A DNA stretch of 64,000 nt from an uncultured Nitrososphaerota archaeon (GCA_963703285.1 OY969807.1:1024001-1088000), one strand, 5' to 3'. Positions 20,399 through 29,580 are shown, counted from the first letter of the stretch. Notes: generated by a model not told the origin, from the letters alone. Program-made: numbers and translations.

Positions 20399-20694
20399 CG
20401 CTCGCGAACCTTTTCCGAAGTCGGTTCGGATGAGCTCGAGCTGATTCTGGGAGCCCACCCTCCTGACTCTGACGTAGCCGGGCTGCTGCCCCAGACGCCT
20501 GGTCTGCCTCCATGCCGTCGTCCTTGGGACGCCGAACGGAACATGGAACAGTCGTTCCAGAGGGGTCGAGCGAGCTACTTCGCCAGTTGTTGAATCATCC
20601 ATTGTTCAGGGACCCTCCTGGGTCCCGAGGCCCGCATCAGGGGGATGGAAGAGCGCAATGAGACCACAGACTGTCTCCCTTTAATAGTCCTTGG

Positions 20695-20976
20695 ATGATT
20701 CGAGACAAGAAAATGACAAACGAGAAACAGGACGAGGAGACCAGGATTAATTTCTACAACAACAAAACGGTGGCGAAGTTCGTCAAGGCGGAGGGTGTTC
20801 CGAAGACCAAACTCGCGTTCAAGAGAATGGTGGCTTCAGGAAGTTCCGAGAATCTAGACAGCAAGAAGGGCACAGCCCTGATTGCGTGCCTTGGAAACGT
20901 CATGTTCACCAAACATCCTCAGCAGATAAACGTGATGGACAAGGTATCTGGGAAGAACATCGCGACCTTCGCCTAA
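20695..20976 (+). CDS. Hypothetical basic protein
   Basis: 93-aa ORF with TATA-like tttaata upstream; visibly lower GC. Confidence 0.6.
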   Translation: MIRDKKMTNEKQDEETRINFYNNKTVAKFVKAEGVPKTKLAFKRMVASGSSENLDSKKGTALIACLGNVMFTKHPQQINVMDKVSGKNIATFA

Positions 20977-21161
20977 TAGAAGGTCTGGCCTAGCGCCATC
21001 CCACGCGATTGACTTCACCTGGGATCCTGACAGTCTAGAATCTCTAGTGGGCAGATTGCCAGAGACCTATGATGTTTCCCTCGCTGTCCTTTGCTTTGAG
21101 GGCTTTCCATAGATTAAGGACTCTTGACTCCAAATGCGCTTTTCTTGAGCGCGAGAGAGAT

Positions 21162-21584
21162 ATGCCGCGAGCCCGAGGATGGCTCGTGGAGTCGGATCTT
21201 CATCATTCGATGAAGAGAATCGTTCGGGCGGAGCTTGAGCTGGAAAGGTATGTCGTACTCGAGGAGCCCCTGACCCCTCCCACACGAAGAGTGTCGTGGA
21301 GGGCCTACAGGCCGGACCTTGTTGGCCTCCGCTCTGACATCTAACGAGAGGAGCTGGTCGTCGTCGAGTGCGAGACGCATCCCTGCACGAGCAGGTTCGT
21401 CTCCAAGAACTACTCCACCCTCTGGTTCGAGCCGTCCATGTTTCGTGACGGGTCAATACGACGAATCCTGGCGGTCCCCAGAGGAACTCTGAACAGGGTG
21501 GATCTGAACCTCCGTCGCCTTTGGGAGATCTGGTTGATCGGCTCGACGCGGACGGTCCAGAGAATCCCGGCCTTGGCATCGTAG
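21162..21584 (+). pseudogene. PD-(D/E)XK-like nuclease-fold ORF with in-frame TAA at 21342-21344
   Basis: ESDLHHSMK..YRPDLVG..[TAA]REELVVVECET; the frame continues to TAG 21582-21584. Confidence 0.6.
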
Positions 21585-22000
21585 CTTCCGTAGATGTCGC
21601 ACCATTTTCCTCTTGTTTTAGTTAAACCATATGGATGAAGCATAAGAACTATGGCTGTCATGCTAGACAACGCAGTCAGGATCCGGGGATGCAAAGCCTC
21701 CCGGATGAGGGGAGAGAGGATGAGGGCCGAAGAGGGCGATCGTTCTGGCTCTTGAGGTTCCTAGCGACCTGCTGGCTACCGGCCCCGTTAGGTCGCCCGA
21801 AGCTGGCCCGACTCCCCCAGACATTCCTGTACGGTCCGTCGGCCATCGACGGAAACCTGGCAAACCTCACCCCCGGGACTGTGCGGAATCGAGGATTACG
21901 GGACAGTTTCCCTGTCTGAAGGTGGACGGCCCAGTACGAGAAGGCTTGACGGCGCGTTGCAGAATGGAATTATAGTGAAGATTCACACCCTCGTGACGTA

Positions 22001-22543
22001 GTGATTCCCAGACACTTCTTCTTGACCAACGGTGTCGGAAGGCACAAGGAGCGGCTCCAATCGTTCGAGTTAGCGCTCAGGGATGCAGGAATCCAGCACT
22101 GCAATCTCGTCGGCGTCTCGAGCATAATCCCAGCCGGGTGCAAGCTGATTCCGAGGGAGAAGGGCAGGAAGATGCTCACGCCGGGCGAGATCACATTCGT
22201 CGTCCTGGCGCGGAACGAGACGAACGAGCCCCACCGCCTGATTGTCTCCTCGGTCGGTCTGGCCATTCCCTCGAAGAAAGGCCAGTATGGTTACATCTCC
22301 GAGCACCACACCTTCGGGCAGACTGAGGAGTCCGCGGGAGACTACGTCGAGGACCTCGCTGCGACAATGCTCGCGACAACGATGGGCATCGAGTTCAACC
22401 CCGAGACGGCCTGGCACGAGAGGGAGCAGCTGTTCAAGTCGAGCGGGATGATTATCAAGACCACCCACATAACGCAGTCCGCCGCTGGCGACAAGAACGG
22501 TCTCTGGACCTCGACGGTCGCGGCCGCGGTCTTCGTACCCTGA
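22001..22543 (+). CDS. pdaD: Pyruvoyl-dependent arginine decarboxylase
   Basis: [21 protein letters not shown] (Ser-Ser self-cleavage site) and YGYISEHH. Confidence 0.93.
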   Translation: MIPRHFFLTNGVGRHKERLQSFELALRDAGIQHCNLVGVSSIIPAGCKLIPREKGRKMLTPGEITFVVLARNETNEPHRLIVSSVGLAIPSKKGQYGYISEHHTFGQTEESAGDYVEDLAATMLATTMGIEFNPETAWHEREQLFKSSGMIIKTTHITQSAAGDKNGLWTSTVAAAVFVP

Positions 22544-22575
22544 TCTAGCAAAAAATAGTGTGGGACCGAGTAGGC

Positions 22576-23238
22576 CTAACCCTGAACCGTGCCGGTCAGG
22601 AGGACCAGATACTCGGTGGATCCCGATTGTATGTCCAGCGACAACGTTGCTGTGTTGCCGACGAAGCTGCCCCTGGCCGTTCCCTGCAGGATGAACGCGC
22701 CGGAGGTTGTTGTTGTTCCTTGTCCGGAGATGGATGACGCGGATGGGCTCATCTGGCCCGAGCCGGATGAGATGGTCGATGTCGTGCTGCCGACCACGAC
22801 GCCCCCTGATATGGAGAGGGTGTAGGCCTCGGTGAGGTTGCCGGTCACCGTGAACGTCAGCGAACCGGAAGCCGTTCCGTTCTCGCTGCGATTCCCGACG
22901 ACGAAGTACTGGCCGCTCGTGCTGGTGAAGGTGATCTTCGTCCCTACGGAGACGTCAGCTCTGGTCTGGAAGTTCCCGAAGCCTGGGCCTCCCTGTCCCA
23001 TGCCGCCTCCCTGAGAAGGAGGAAAGCCCATGCCGCCGGGTCCTTGGCCCACACAGTTGCCGATGCCCGAGATGCCCGAGCTAGAGCTCGAGGACGCTGT
23101 GGTCGATGTCGAGGACGTGGAGGTCGATGTCTGCGCTGTCGCTGCCAGGATGGATGGAGATGCGAGAAGGATTGCGATGATGCCTATGGCCGATGCTGTG
23201 ACAATCGCTGTTTTCGCGAACTTGGTTGTCATGTTCAA
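22576..23238 (-). CDS. Secreted Ser/Thr/Gly-rich hypothetical protein
   Basis: Signal peptide, S/T-rich and G/M/Q-rich low-complexity segments, beta-rich C-terminus. Confidence 0.75.
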   Translation of the reverse strand: MNMTTKFAKTAIVTASAIGIIAILLASPSILAATAQTSTSTSSTSTTASSSSSSGISGIGNCVGQGPGGMGFPPSQGGGMGQGGPGFGNFQTRADVSVGTKITFTSTSGQYFVVGNRSENGTASGSLTFTVTGNLTEAYTLSISGGVVVGSTTSTISSGSGQMSPSASSISGQGTTTTSGAFILQGTARGSFVGNTATLSLDIQSGSTEYLVLLTGTVQG

Positions 23239-23271
23239 GGTCGATGTGAAGGCTGCAGGTATTTACATGAA

Positions 23272-23292
23272 TTCCTGAATCGTTCCATAATT
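23272..23292 (-). promoter_or_regulatory. 21-bp upstream element, copy 1
   Basis: ttcctgaatcgttccataatt, identical to 37419-37439; 6 bp from tattta (TAAATA on minus strand). Confidence 0.8.
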
Positions 23293-23464
23293 GGTAGCTA
23301 ATCGATGCAAGAAGACCCCAGGATGAGCACGGAGGCATGCCCCTGCCGCGACCCCCGCGCATCGAGGAACGCTCTACGAGAAGCGCTGTGGGGAGTCGCG
23401 AGGGAGTCATACCAAAGAGATATTGCCCCCGGGTCGCCAGAGTGGCCGAGAGAAAATCGGCAAG

Positions 23465-25345
23465 ATGAAACCTCGCAAGAATGCCAAACCAAAAACCTCA
23501 GCTAAAGCTCCATCAACGGCAAGGGGCTTGGTTGCGACAACGAAGATGGGTCTCGGGGGAATCCGCGACAGTCCCGACCCGAGGGACCATTCGTATGTGC
23601 CTCCCGCCGACGTCCTGAGGAACCTTCCCCCGAAGTTAGACCTCAGGAAGCAGTTCCCTCCGGTCTACAACCAGGGTCAGATCAACAGCTGCCACGATTC
23701 GGAGACCGAAGTCCTGACAGACACTGGCTTCAAACTCTTCTCGGAGCTGAGTGGTTCGGAGTTACTCGCCACTGTCAATCCGAGTAACTCTGAGCTATCG
23801 TTCGAAAGGCCATCTAGATTGCTGAAGTTACGATACAAAGGGCCCATGGTCTGCGCTGAAAACTGGAGCCTGAATTTCAAGGTCACGCCGGAACACAAGA
23901 TGTTGGTTAGGAAGTGGGACGAGGCGAGGCGCAGACTCTCGAGTGAGTATACGCTCGTCGAAGCCGAGAGTCTCGGCTGGTACTGCGGGTTGATGAACCG
24001 CGTAATCTGGCGAGGCGACGCGGGGTCGTCCGAAAATTTCACCTTGCCAGGAGTGCTCCACAAGCACAAACCCCAGAGGGAGCCACTGACGGTGTCCATG
24101 GGCTCCTGGCTAAGGTTCCTTGGAATCTACCTCGCCGAAGGGACGATTTTGGAAGAAGAAGGTCAATACAAGATTCAGTTGGCGGCGAGCAAGATGAGGG
24201 AGAAGGAGTTCATACGGCAGGTCCTTTCAGACATCGGGCAGCACTACCTTGAGCTCGAGGATCGGTTCACATTCTCGAACCGTCGACTGTACGAGACTAT
24301 GGAAGGGCTCGGCCTGAGAGGGGTGCACGCCCCCAAGAAGTTCGTCCCGGATTTCGTATTCCACCAGAGTGCGCAGAACATCAAGGAGTTACTCCGTGGC
24401 CATTGGATGGGAGATGGGGGTGGAGACGATAACCGGCGAGCGCATTACACGTCTTCGACAAGACTCGCAGATGACCTCCAGCGCCTAGTATTCCTCTCTG
24501 GAAATGCAACGTCATGGACCTCAAGAGCTCAACAAGTGTCGGTGATGACCGACGGCAGGGTGATAGAGCCCGGGTATGACATGCAACGAGTTTCAGTGAG
24601 GGAGCAGAAGAACCTCTCAATCGTCAGAAAAGAGCAGATATTCACTGATGACTACGACGGCTATGTCTACTGCGCTGAGGTCCCCCGATTCCACACCCTC
24701 GTGACGCGTCGGCGCGGAAAGATACTCATTTCAGGAAACTGTACGGCAAACGCCATCGCGGCTGCGATGGAGTTCGACGCCATTAGCCAGGGCGTTAAGG
24801 AGGTCTTCACCCCCTCACGCCTTTTCGTCTACTACAACGAACGGGTCATGACGAACACTCAGGGCCAGGACTCCGGGGGACAAATCAGAGACGGGATAAA
24901 GAGCATAGCGAAGCAGGGAGACTGCCCCGAGGTCCACTGGCCCTACCTGGCCAAGATGGTGACCCAGGAACCTGCCAAGGGGTGCTACACCCGCGCCAAG
25001 AGTTTCACTGCGCTCGAGTACCAGAGGATGGGGCACAACCTCGACCACATGAAGGCCTGCCTCGCGTCGGGGTATCCGTTCGTCTTCGGCTTCGTCGTCT
25101 ACTCCAGCTTCGAAGGCAGCGCCGTCAAGCAGAGCGGGCACCTCGGCTTGCCGAAGAAGGGGGAGAAGATGGTCGGTCTCCACGCCGTTGTCGCGTGCGG
25201 GTACGACGACGCCAAGCGCTGGTTCATCGTAAGGAATTCGTGGGGAAGGCAATGGGGTCTGGAAGGCTACTTCACGATGCCCTACGAGTACCTTCTGGAT
25301 CCGAAGTTATCGCACGACTTCTGGACCATCCGCGTCGTCAGGTGA
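23465..25345 (+). CDS. C1A papain-family cysteine peptidase (xylellain-like), intein-containing
   Basis: Exteins PPVYNQGQINS | CTANAIAAA..PSRLFVYYNER..GLHAV..GYDD..IVRNSWG..WGLEGY give a complete Q/C/H/N set after splicing (276 aa). Confidence 0.93.
   Translation: MKPRKNAKPKTSAKAPSTARGLVATTKMGLGGIRDSPDPRDHSYVPPADVLRNLPPKLDLRKQFPPVYNQGQINSCHDSETEVLTDTGFKLFSELSGSELLATVNPSNSELSFERPSRLLKLRYKGPMVCAENWSLNFKVTPEHKMLVRKWDEARRRLSSEYTLVEAESLGWYCGLMNRVIWRGDAGSSENFTLPGVLHKHKPQREPLTVSMGSWLRFLGIYLAEGTILEEEGQYKIQLAASKMREKEFIRQVLSDIGQHYLELEDRFTFSNRRLYETMEGLGLRGVHAPKKFVPDFVFHQSAQNIKELLRGHWMGDGGGDDNRRAHYTSSTRLADDLQRLVFLSGNATSWTSRAQQVSVMTDGRVIEPGYDMQRVSVREQKNLSIVRKEQIFTDDYDGYVYCAEVPRFHTLVTRRRGKILISGNCTANAIAAAMEFDAISQGVKEVFTPSRLFVYYNERVMTNTQGQDSGGQIRDGIKSIAKQGDCPEVHWPYLAKMVTQEPAKGCYTRAKSFTALEYQRMGHNLDHMKACLASGYPFVFGFVVYSSFEGSAVKQSGHLGLPKKGEKMVGLHAVVACGYDDAKRWFIVRNSWGRQWGLEGYFTMPYEYLLDPKLSHDFWTIRVVR
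23690..24739 (+). mobile_element. Intein with LAGLIDADG homing endonuclease (350 aa)
   Basis: Block A CHDSETEVLT, block B VTPEHKM, LAGLIDADG motifs FLGIYLAEG and LLRGHWMGDG, block F VYCAEVP, block G ISGN followed by +1 Cys. Confidence 0.93.
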
Positions 25346-25741
25346 ACGGCGCACACGAGGAACTAGTTCGGGGGAAACCCACCCTCTTGAGGAGAGAGGC
25401 GAATAGTGGGTCAGACCGAAGGCTGTCGAACCATCGCTCGACCTTGAGAGAGGACAGATACGGCGAGTGTTCCTCGAAACCCCTCTCGAGCCAGCTGAGC
25501 GCCCTTTCGCTCTCCCCGATGCAGGCGCACATCCCGGCTATCGCCACCGGAGGTACGTGACCCGCCCTCGCGGCTTCCTCCGTCTGAGCAAGGAGCCTCC
25601 GAGCGTGCTTAGGGCAGGGCCTTCGTTGCTCTGGGTCATCGCCGTGTAGCCCACGATGTCACTGAACATGACCGCGGCGAGCCTCCTCCTCGAACCGGAG
25701 TTCGGCGAAGAACCCGTGAGGTCCCGGTCGTCGACGGTCAT
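25338..25741 (-). pseudogene. Internally deleted class III nucleotide cyclase/TPR protein remnant
   Basis: N-terminal RRLAAVMFSDIVGYTAM (25538..25741) abuts C-terminal ALSWLERGFEE..LKVERWFDSLRSDPLF (25338..25547) in another frame; the middle is missing. Confidence 0.75.
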
Positions 25742-25939
25742 GTAGCAGAACGCAGGAACCTGCGCCGTGATTCAAGCCTGATGAAGAGTCCAGCGATTCT
25801 CCGCGTGCGTCCCCGGGGTGCTCTCGGTAGTCCCCCTTGGGTCGTCGCTGCCTCCGACGGATGCGCTGTTAGAACACGGGAAGCGGACCTCGCGAGCCTT
25901 TTAGACCTCACCGACCCAATCTTTGACGGCGTAACCAAG

Positions 25940-26398
25940 ATGTCGACCAACGAAAATCCTTACGGGGCGTTCAACTTCACGGTCTCGATCAGCGGAGTCC
26001 CCGCCGCAGATTTTGCAGAGTGCGTCCTCCCGGCCGTCTCCATAGATGCCATAGAGTACAGGCAGGGCTCGGACTCCGAAGAGAGCGTCCACAAGCTACC
26101 CGGCCTTGTTAGGTATGGTCACCTTGTCCTTAAGAGGGGCATCGCGAGTTCGGCAGGCTCTCTTGCCCTCTGGGACTGGTTCTCAGGATTCGTCCAGGGC
26201 AATGGGACGCTGGCAACGATGACGGTCACCCTTCTCGATCGTGCGAGGGTACCGGTCTTCCAGTGGGCATTCACGAACGCGTGGCCCGTGAAGTACGAGA
26301 CGCCGGTTCTGAACGGGAAGACAAGCACGCTTGCCATTGAGACCCTGGAGGTCTCGGTGGAGGGAATGAAGTTCACGGCCCTCGGCCAGGGCCCCTAG
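25940..26398 (+). CDS. Phage T4 gp19-like / contractile injection system tail tube protein
   Basis: NPYGAFNFTVSI..IEYRQG..KLPGLVRYGHLVLKRGI..LWDW..TLLD..WAFTNAWPVKY..LAIETLE. Confidence 0.9.
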   Translation: MSTNENPYGAFNFTVSISGVPAADFAECVLPAVSIDAIEYRQGSDSEESVHKLPGLVRYGHLVLKRGIASSAGSLALWDWFSGFVQGNGTLATMTVTLLDRARVPVFQWAFTNAWPVKYETPVLNGKTSTLAIETLEVSVEGMKFTALGQGP

Positions 26399-26811
26399 CG
26401 AAGGGAACCGACACGGACCCTGGAGCCTCAGCCGGTCCCGTCCCGGGTCAGGGAAGGCCGAGGGTCATCCTGGACGTGCTGCTGGAGAGAGGGTCGTTCC
26501 TGTTCGTCCTGAAGAACATCGGGGACGAGCCGGCGCTCAAAGTAGCCACGAAGATCGGGGGAAAGATCCTCGGGCCGGACGGGAAGATCGTAATCAACGA
26601 TCTGAACATATTCAGGGGGATAGGGTTCTTCGCGCCGGGGAGGGAGTTCAGGGTCCTGGTCGGCCCATCGGCGACCTACTTCGCCACCAACCAGCCGATG
26701 ACCTTCACCGCGGTGATTTCCTACTCGGACGAGAGCCTAGCGACGTACAGCGAGACCATCACGCACGACATGGCGATATACAAGGACCTCCCGCAGATGC
26801 TCGACCCCTGA
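26395..26811 (+). CDS. Hypothetical beta-rich domain downstream of the tube gene; start uncertain
   Basis: Frame open from 26341; first GTG at 26476 falls after the protein-like RPRVILD; continues with LKNIGDEPA..FFAPG..ISYSD..ITHD. Confidence 0.7.
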   Translation, partial: LAKGTDTDPGASAGPVPGQGRPRVILDVLLERGSFLFVLKNIGDEPALKVATKIGGKILGPDGKIVINDLNIFRGIGFFAPGREFRVLVGPSATYFATNQPMTFTAVISYSDESLATYSETITHDMAIYKDLPQMLDP

Positions 26812-26854
26812 GGCCCGGACAAGACCAGAGCGCGCCCGGCTAGAGACCCGCCCT

Positions 26855-27427
26855 TCAGCGGGGAGGCAGGCCGCCTTCCAGTCGGACCGTGGGATGGGCG
26901 AGGTTTCTGCGAATCAGCGCCTGAACGTCAAGCGCATCTTTGATCATCTTCAGCTCAAAGCGCCGACCGTCGTTGGCTTCGACGATGATAAGTGACCTTC
27001 CCACAATCCTCATTCCGAGCGTCCGGATCAGCCTCGCGTCGGAGAAGGCCATGGGGGAGAGGAAGGTACCCGTGAGGTTTGCTATGCCCCTGTTCAAGTA
27101 CAGACCATCCCCGCGGAGCTCGTACGAGTTCTCCAGCCTGACTATGAGGAGCCGAAGAACCTTGATGACATAGGCCACGCTTATGACCACCGCAGTGACT
27201 ATCTCGAACAGGAAGGGGATTCTGACTGAACCCAGACTCGCGGTGCCCCTGAGGAACGATGCGCCCGAGACGTCGTAGCCCAACCAGAGCTCGATCCCTA
27301 TGAACAGCGCGACGGCAACGGCGGCCAAGATGCCGTAGAGCGCCACGTAGGGACCTATACTGGGCCTGCCCCGCCAGACAACGCCCTCGTCTTTGCTAGA
27401 TGGTTGTGAGTTGGATGTCGTGGTCAC
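26855..27427 (-). CDS. Membrane protein with bacterial PH-like domain
   Basis: VVWRGRPS, two TM segments, YELRGDGLYLNRGI. Confidence 0.65.
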   Translation of the reverse strand: MTTTSNSQPSSKDEGVVWRGRPSIGPYVALYGILAAVAVALFIGIELWLGYDVSGASFLRGTASLGSVRIPFLFEIVTAVVISVAYVIKVLRLLIVRLENSYELRGDGLYLNRGIANLTGTFLSPMAFSDARLIRTLGMRIVGRSLIIVEANDGRRFELKMIKDALDVQALIRRNLAHPTVRLEGGLPPR

Positions 27428-27568
27428 TGATGCACTCTGCCGCACCTTATAAACTCTGAAGGAATCTTCTGTCGCGTCGGACGCACGCACGGAAGAAAGG
27501 TACCCTCGTGGAGAAGGCCCCTTGTGTCAGATCCCATCTGATGGGACTGACGACGGCATGTGACGGTC

Positions 27569-28147
27569 TTACTCCTTCGCCGACGGACCCCTGACGCCCT
27601 CCTGAGAGCCATGGTCTGACTCGCCAGAGGCGCCTGACTCCCTCCTTCGGAGAAAGGACAGGAACTCCGAGTAGCTCTTCGATTTGATCCTGCTTGAAAC
27701 TATGGCCGTAGATAGGTCCGCGGTCAGGGGTTCGAGCTTCCGCAGGACCTCCTCCCGGAGAGTCTGAATGTCCCTGTCCAGGACGACGAGGAAGTACTCG
27801 TCGGAACCCAGGGTCGAGTACGCCTCGATTACGCGGGGCTCCCTCCTGATGTAGTCGTAGAGTTTCGCCACGTCTTCGTCGCCTAGGGCCGTCATCGTCC
27901 CGACGAAGGCAAGCGCGTTGACTCCGATGGCAGCCCAGTCTATCTCGGCGGTGATCCTGACGGCTCCAACCTCCTTAAGGTGATCCAGATGCTTAGCAAC
28001 CGTCCTCTGGTCGACGCCAAGCCGCCCCGCTAGCTGACGGTAGGTGAGGCTGCCGTCCTCGGCCAGCAACTCCATCAGCTGCAGGTCCAGCACTCCCGGG
28101 TTTGATGGCGCAACAGCTCGTCTCTCCTTTCTGTCATCTGATAGCAT
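27569..28147 (-). CDS. Lrp/AsnC family regulator
   Basis: LDLQLMELLAEDGSLTYRQLA..GVDQRTV HTH plus a ligand-binding domain. Confidence 0.88.
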   Translation of the reverse strand: MLSDDRKERRAVAPSNPGVLDLQLMELLAEDGSLTYRQLAGRLGVDQRTVAKHLDHLKEVGAVRITAEIDWAAIGVNALAFVGTMTALGDEDVAKLYDYIRREPRVIEAYSTLGSDEYFLVVLDRDIQTLREEVLRKLEPLTADLSTAIVSSRIKSKSYSEFLSFLRRRESGASGESDHGSQEGVRGPSAKE

Positions 28148-28203
28148 TATCCTACGACCGTCATGCCACTAGGATACAAGAACAATTAAGTCTTCGCTCG
28201 TGA

Positions 28204-28851
28204 ATGGCAGCGAAACCGGTGCCAAACGCGGTGGAAACCTCGGGACTCGCGGGCGGGTTCCTCACGGTCGTGGGCACGATATTTATCGCAGAGCTCACCG
28301 ACAAGGACGCTCTTCTCCTCCTATCACTCGCCACGAAGATGAGACCGATTCTCGTCTTCGCGGCGGGCTCGATTGCGTTCACGATTACCTCGGCAATCAT
28401 CGTCGTCCTAGGGTCGGCGCTCGTGGAGTACGTTCCAATCCTGTGGATCAAACTGGCCGGCGGGACGATAATGCTTGCCTATGCTGCGCTCGAGTATGTC
28501 GAAGGTCTGCGCATCGAGAAGGGCGTCCAGAGGAGCGAGACGAGCATTCGTGGTCGCCTCGGAAGGAAGGAGGCGCTCGCGTTCCTGGGAATACTGGGCT
28601 CGCTGATAACCCTGGACCTGGCCGGCGATGCCACCGAGCTGCTCACCGTCGTGTTTGTCGCGCAGTTCGACGACGCCCTGCTGGTCTTCGCAGGTGCCGT
28701 TGTCGCGCTCGTCGCGGCCAGCGCCCTGGAGACGGCCCTCGGCAGCCGGCTCGGTAAGGTCCTCTCGGCGCGAGGGGTGAGGAACCTGTCCGTGGTTGTG
28801 TTCCTCGTGATTGGTTCGATAGTGATAGTCACCAGCGGGATTCTGCCGTGA
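28204..28851 (+). CDS. TMEM165/GDT1 (UPF0016) cation transporter
   Basis: Two repeats with IFIAELTDKD and LDLAGDATEL, variants of the E-x-G-D-K-T motif. Confidence 0.8.
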   Translation: MAAKPVPNAVETSGLAGGFLTVVGTIFIAELTDKDALLLLSLATKMRPILVFAAGSIAFTITSAIIVVLGSALVEYVPILWIKLAGGTIMLAYAALEYVEGLRIEKGVQRSETSIRGRLGRKEALAFLGILGSLITLDLAGDATELLTVVFVAQFDDALLVFAGAVVALVAASALETALGSRLGKVLSARGVRNLSVVVFLVIGSIVIVTSGILP

Positions 28852-28896
28852 CCATACCCGAGCGGGACGGTCGTTTGGTGGTCCGCCAGCGGGTCG

Positions 28897-29568
28897 TTAG
28901 AAGCCTATGGGCTCACGAATGAGCACTAGCGTGGAGCGACCCGCAGGCCAGTCGCTGTTCATGATGAGGATCTTCGCCAGTCTGCTGGGCATCCCGTACG
29001 CCGCCCGCGCCCGGATGTCCTCCTTGGGATAGGCATAGAGCTGAATCCTGTTAAGCGCGGTCTCCAGGTCAGGAACGATCTTCTGTGAGCCCACCACGAA
29101 TATCACCTTCTCGGCCCCCGCCGAGTATGTCGCCAGCTGGCTACCGCTTGCCGAGGCTGCGATGAGCCGCCCGTCCTCGGTGACTGCGTGCACGCTCCCG
29201 ACTACCACGTCTGGAGTGGCGATGAGCCGTCTCCTCTCGGTCGTCTGCGTTTTGGGGTCCAGCTTGGCCAGTTCCTGACGGACAGACGTGTAGTTTCCGG
29301 ATTTGTTGATGTCGTCGTCGATGCCGGAGAGCCTCAAGGTCTCGCTCGGGGCCGTGTACACGCGCACGCCCTTCTGGAGGATGCTGTTGACGTACTCCCT
29401 CGCCTCCGCCGCGGTGTCGACGACGCGCACCGTCACGTTGTTCTTCGCGAGCGCCTCCGCGGTCCTCTGGATCCGTTCCTCCGACGCAGCTTTGGAGAAA
29501 CTGTGGTCTATCGGGATTCCGAACTCGGTCCTTCCGTATCTTTCGGTCGAACTCTGGCTAAGTGACAT
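28897..29568 (-). CDS. LUD (lactate utilisation) domain protein
   Basis: GSVHAVTEDGRL..SASGSQL..VVGSQKIVPDLE.A..RI. Confidence 0.85.
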   Translation of the reverse strand: MSLSQSSTERYGRTEFGIPIDHSFSKAASEERIQRTAEALAKNNVTVRVVDTAAEAREYVNSILQKGVRVYTAPSETLRLSGIDDDINKSGNYTSVRQELAKLDPKTQTTERRRLIATPDVVVGSVHAVTEDGRLIAASASGSQLATYSAGAEKVIFVVGSQKIVPDLETALNRIQLYAYPKEDIRARAAYGMPSRLAKILIMNSDWPAGRSTLVLIREPIGF

Positions 29569-29580
29569 TTCTATCGGTCG

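Noticed and set aside
21342-21344. Selenocysteine or pyrrolysine read-through
   Set aside because: The stop is TAA, which neither system recodes.
21600-21990. Structured ncRNA (SRP or RNase P) in the gene-poor gap
   Set aside because: Neither the SRP helix-8 motif nor RNase P conserved-region motifs were found by eye; a covariance-model search would be needed.
26393-26398. +1 shifty-stop (CCC-TAG) recoding of the tube gene
   Set aside because: A +1 shift enters a frame that does not encode the downstream domain; only -1 does.
25940-26811. Prophage or complete eCIS locus
   Set aside because: Only a tube gene is present; the flanking genes are non-phage.
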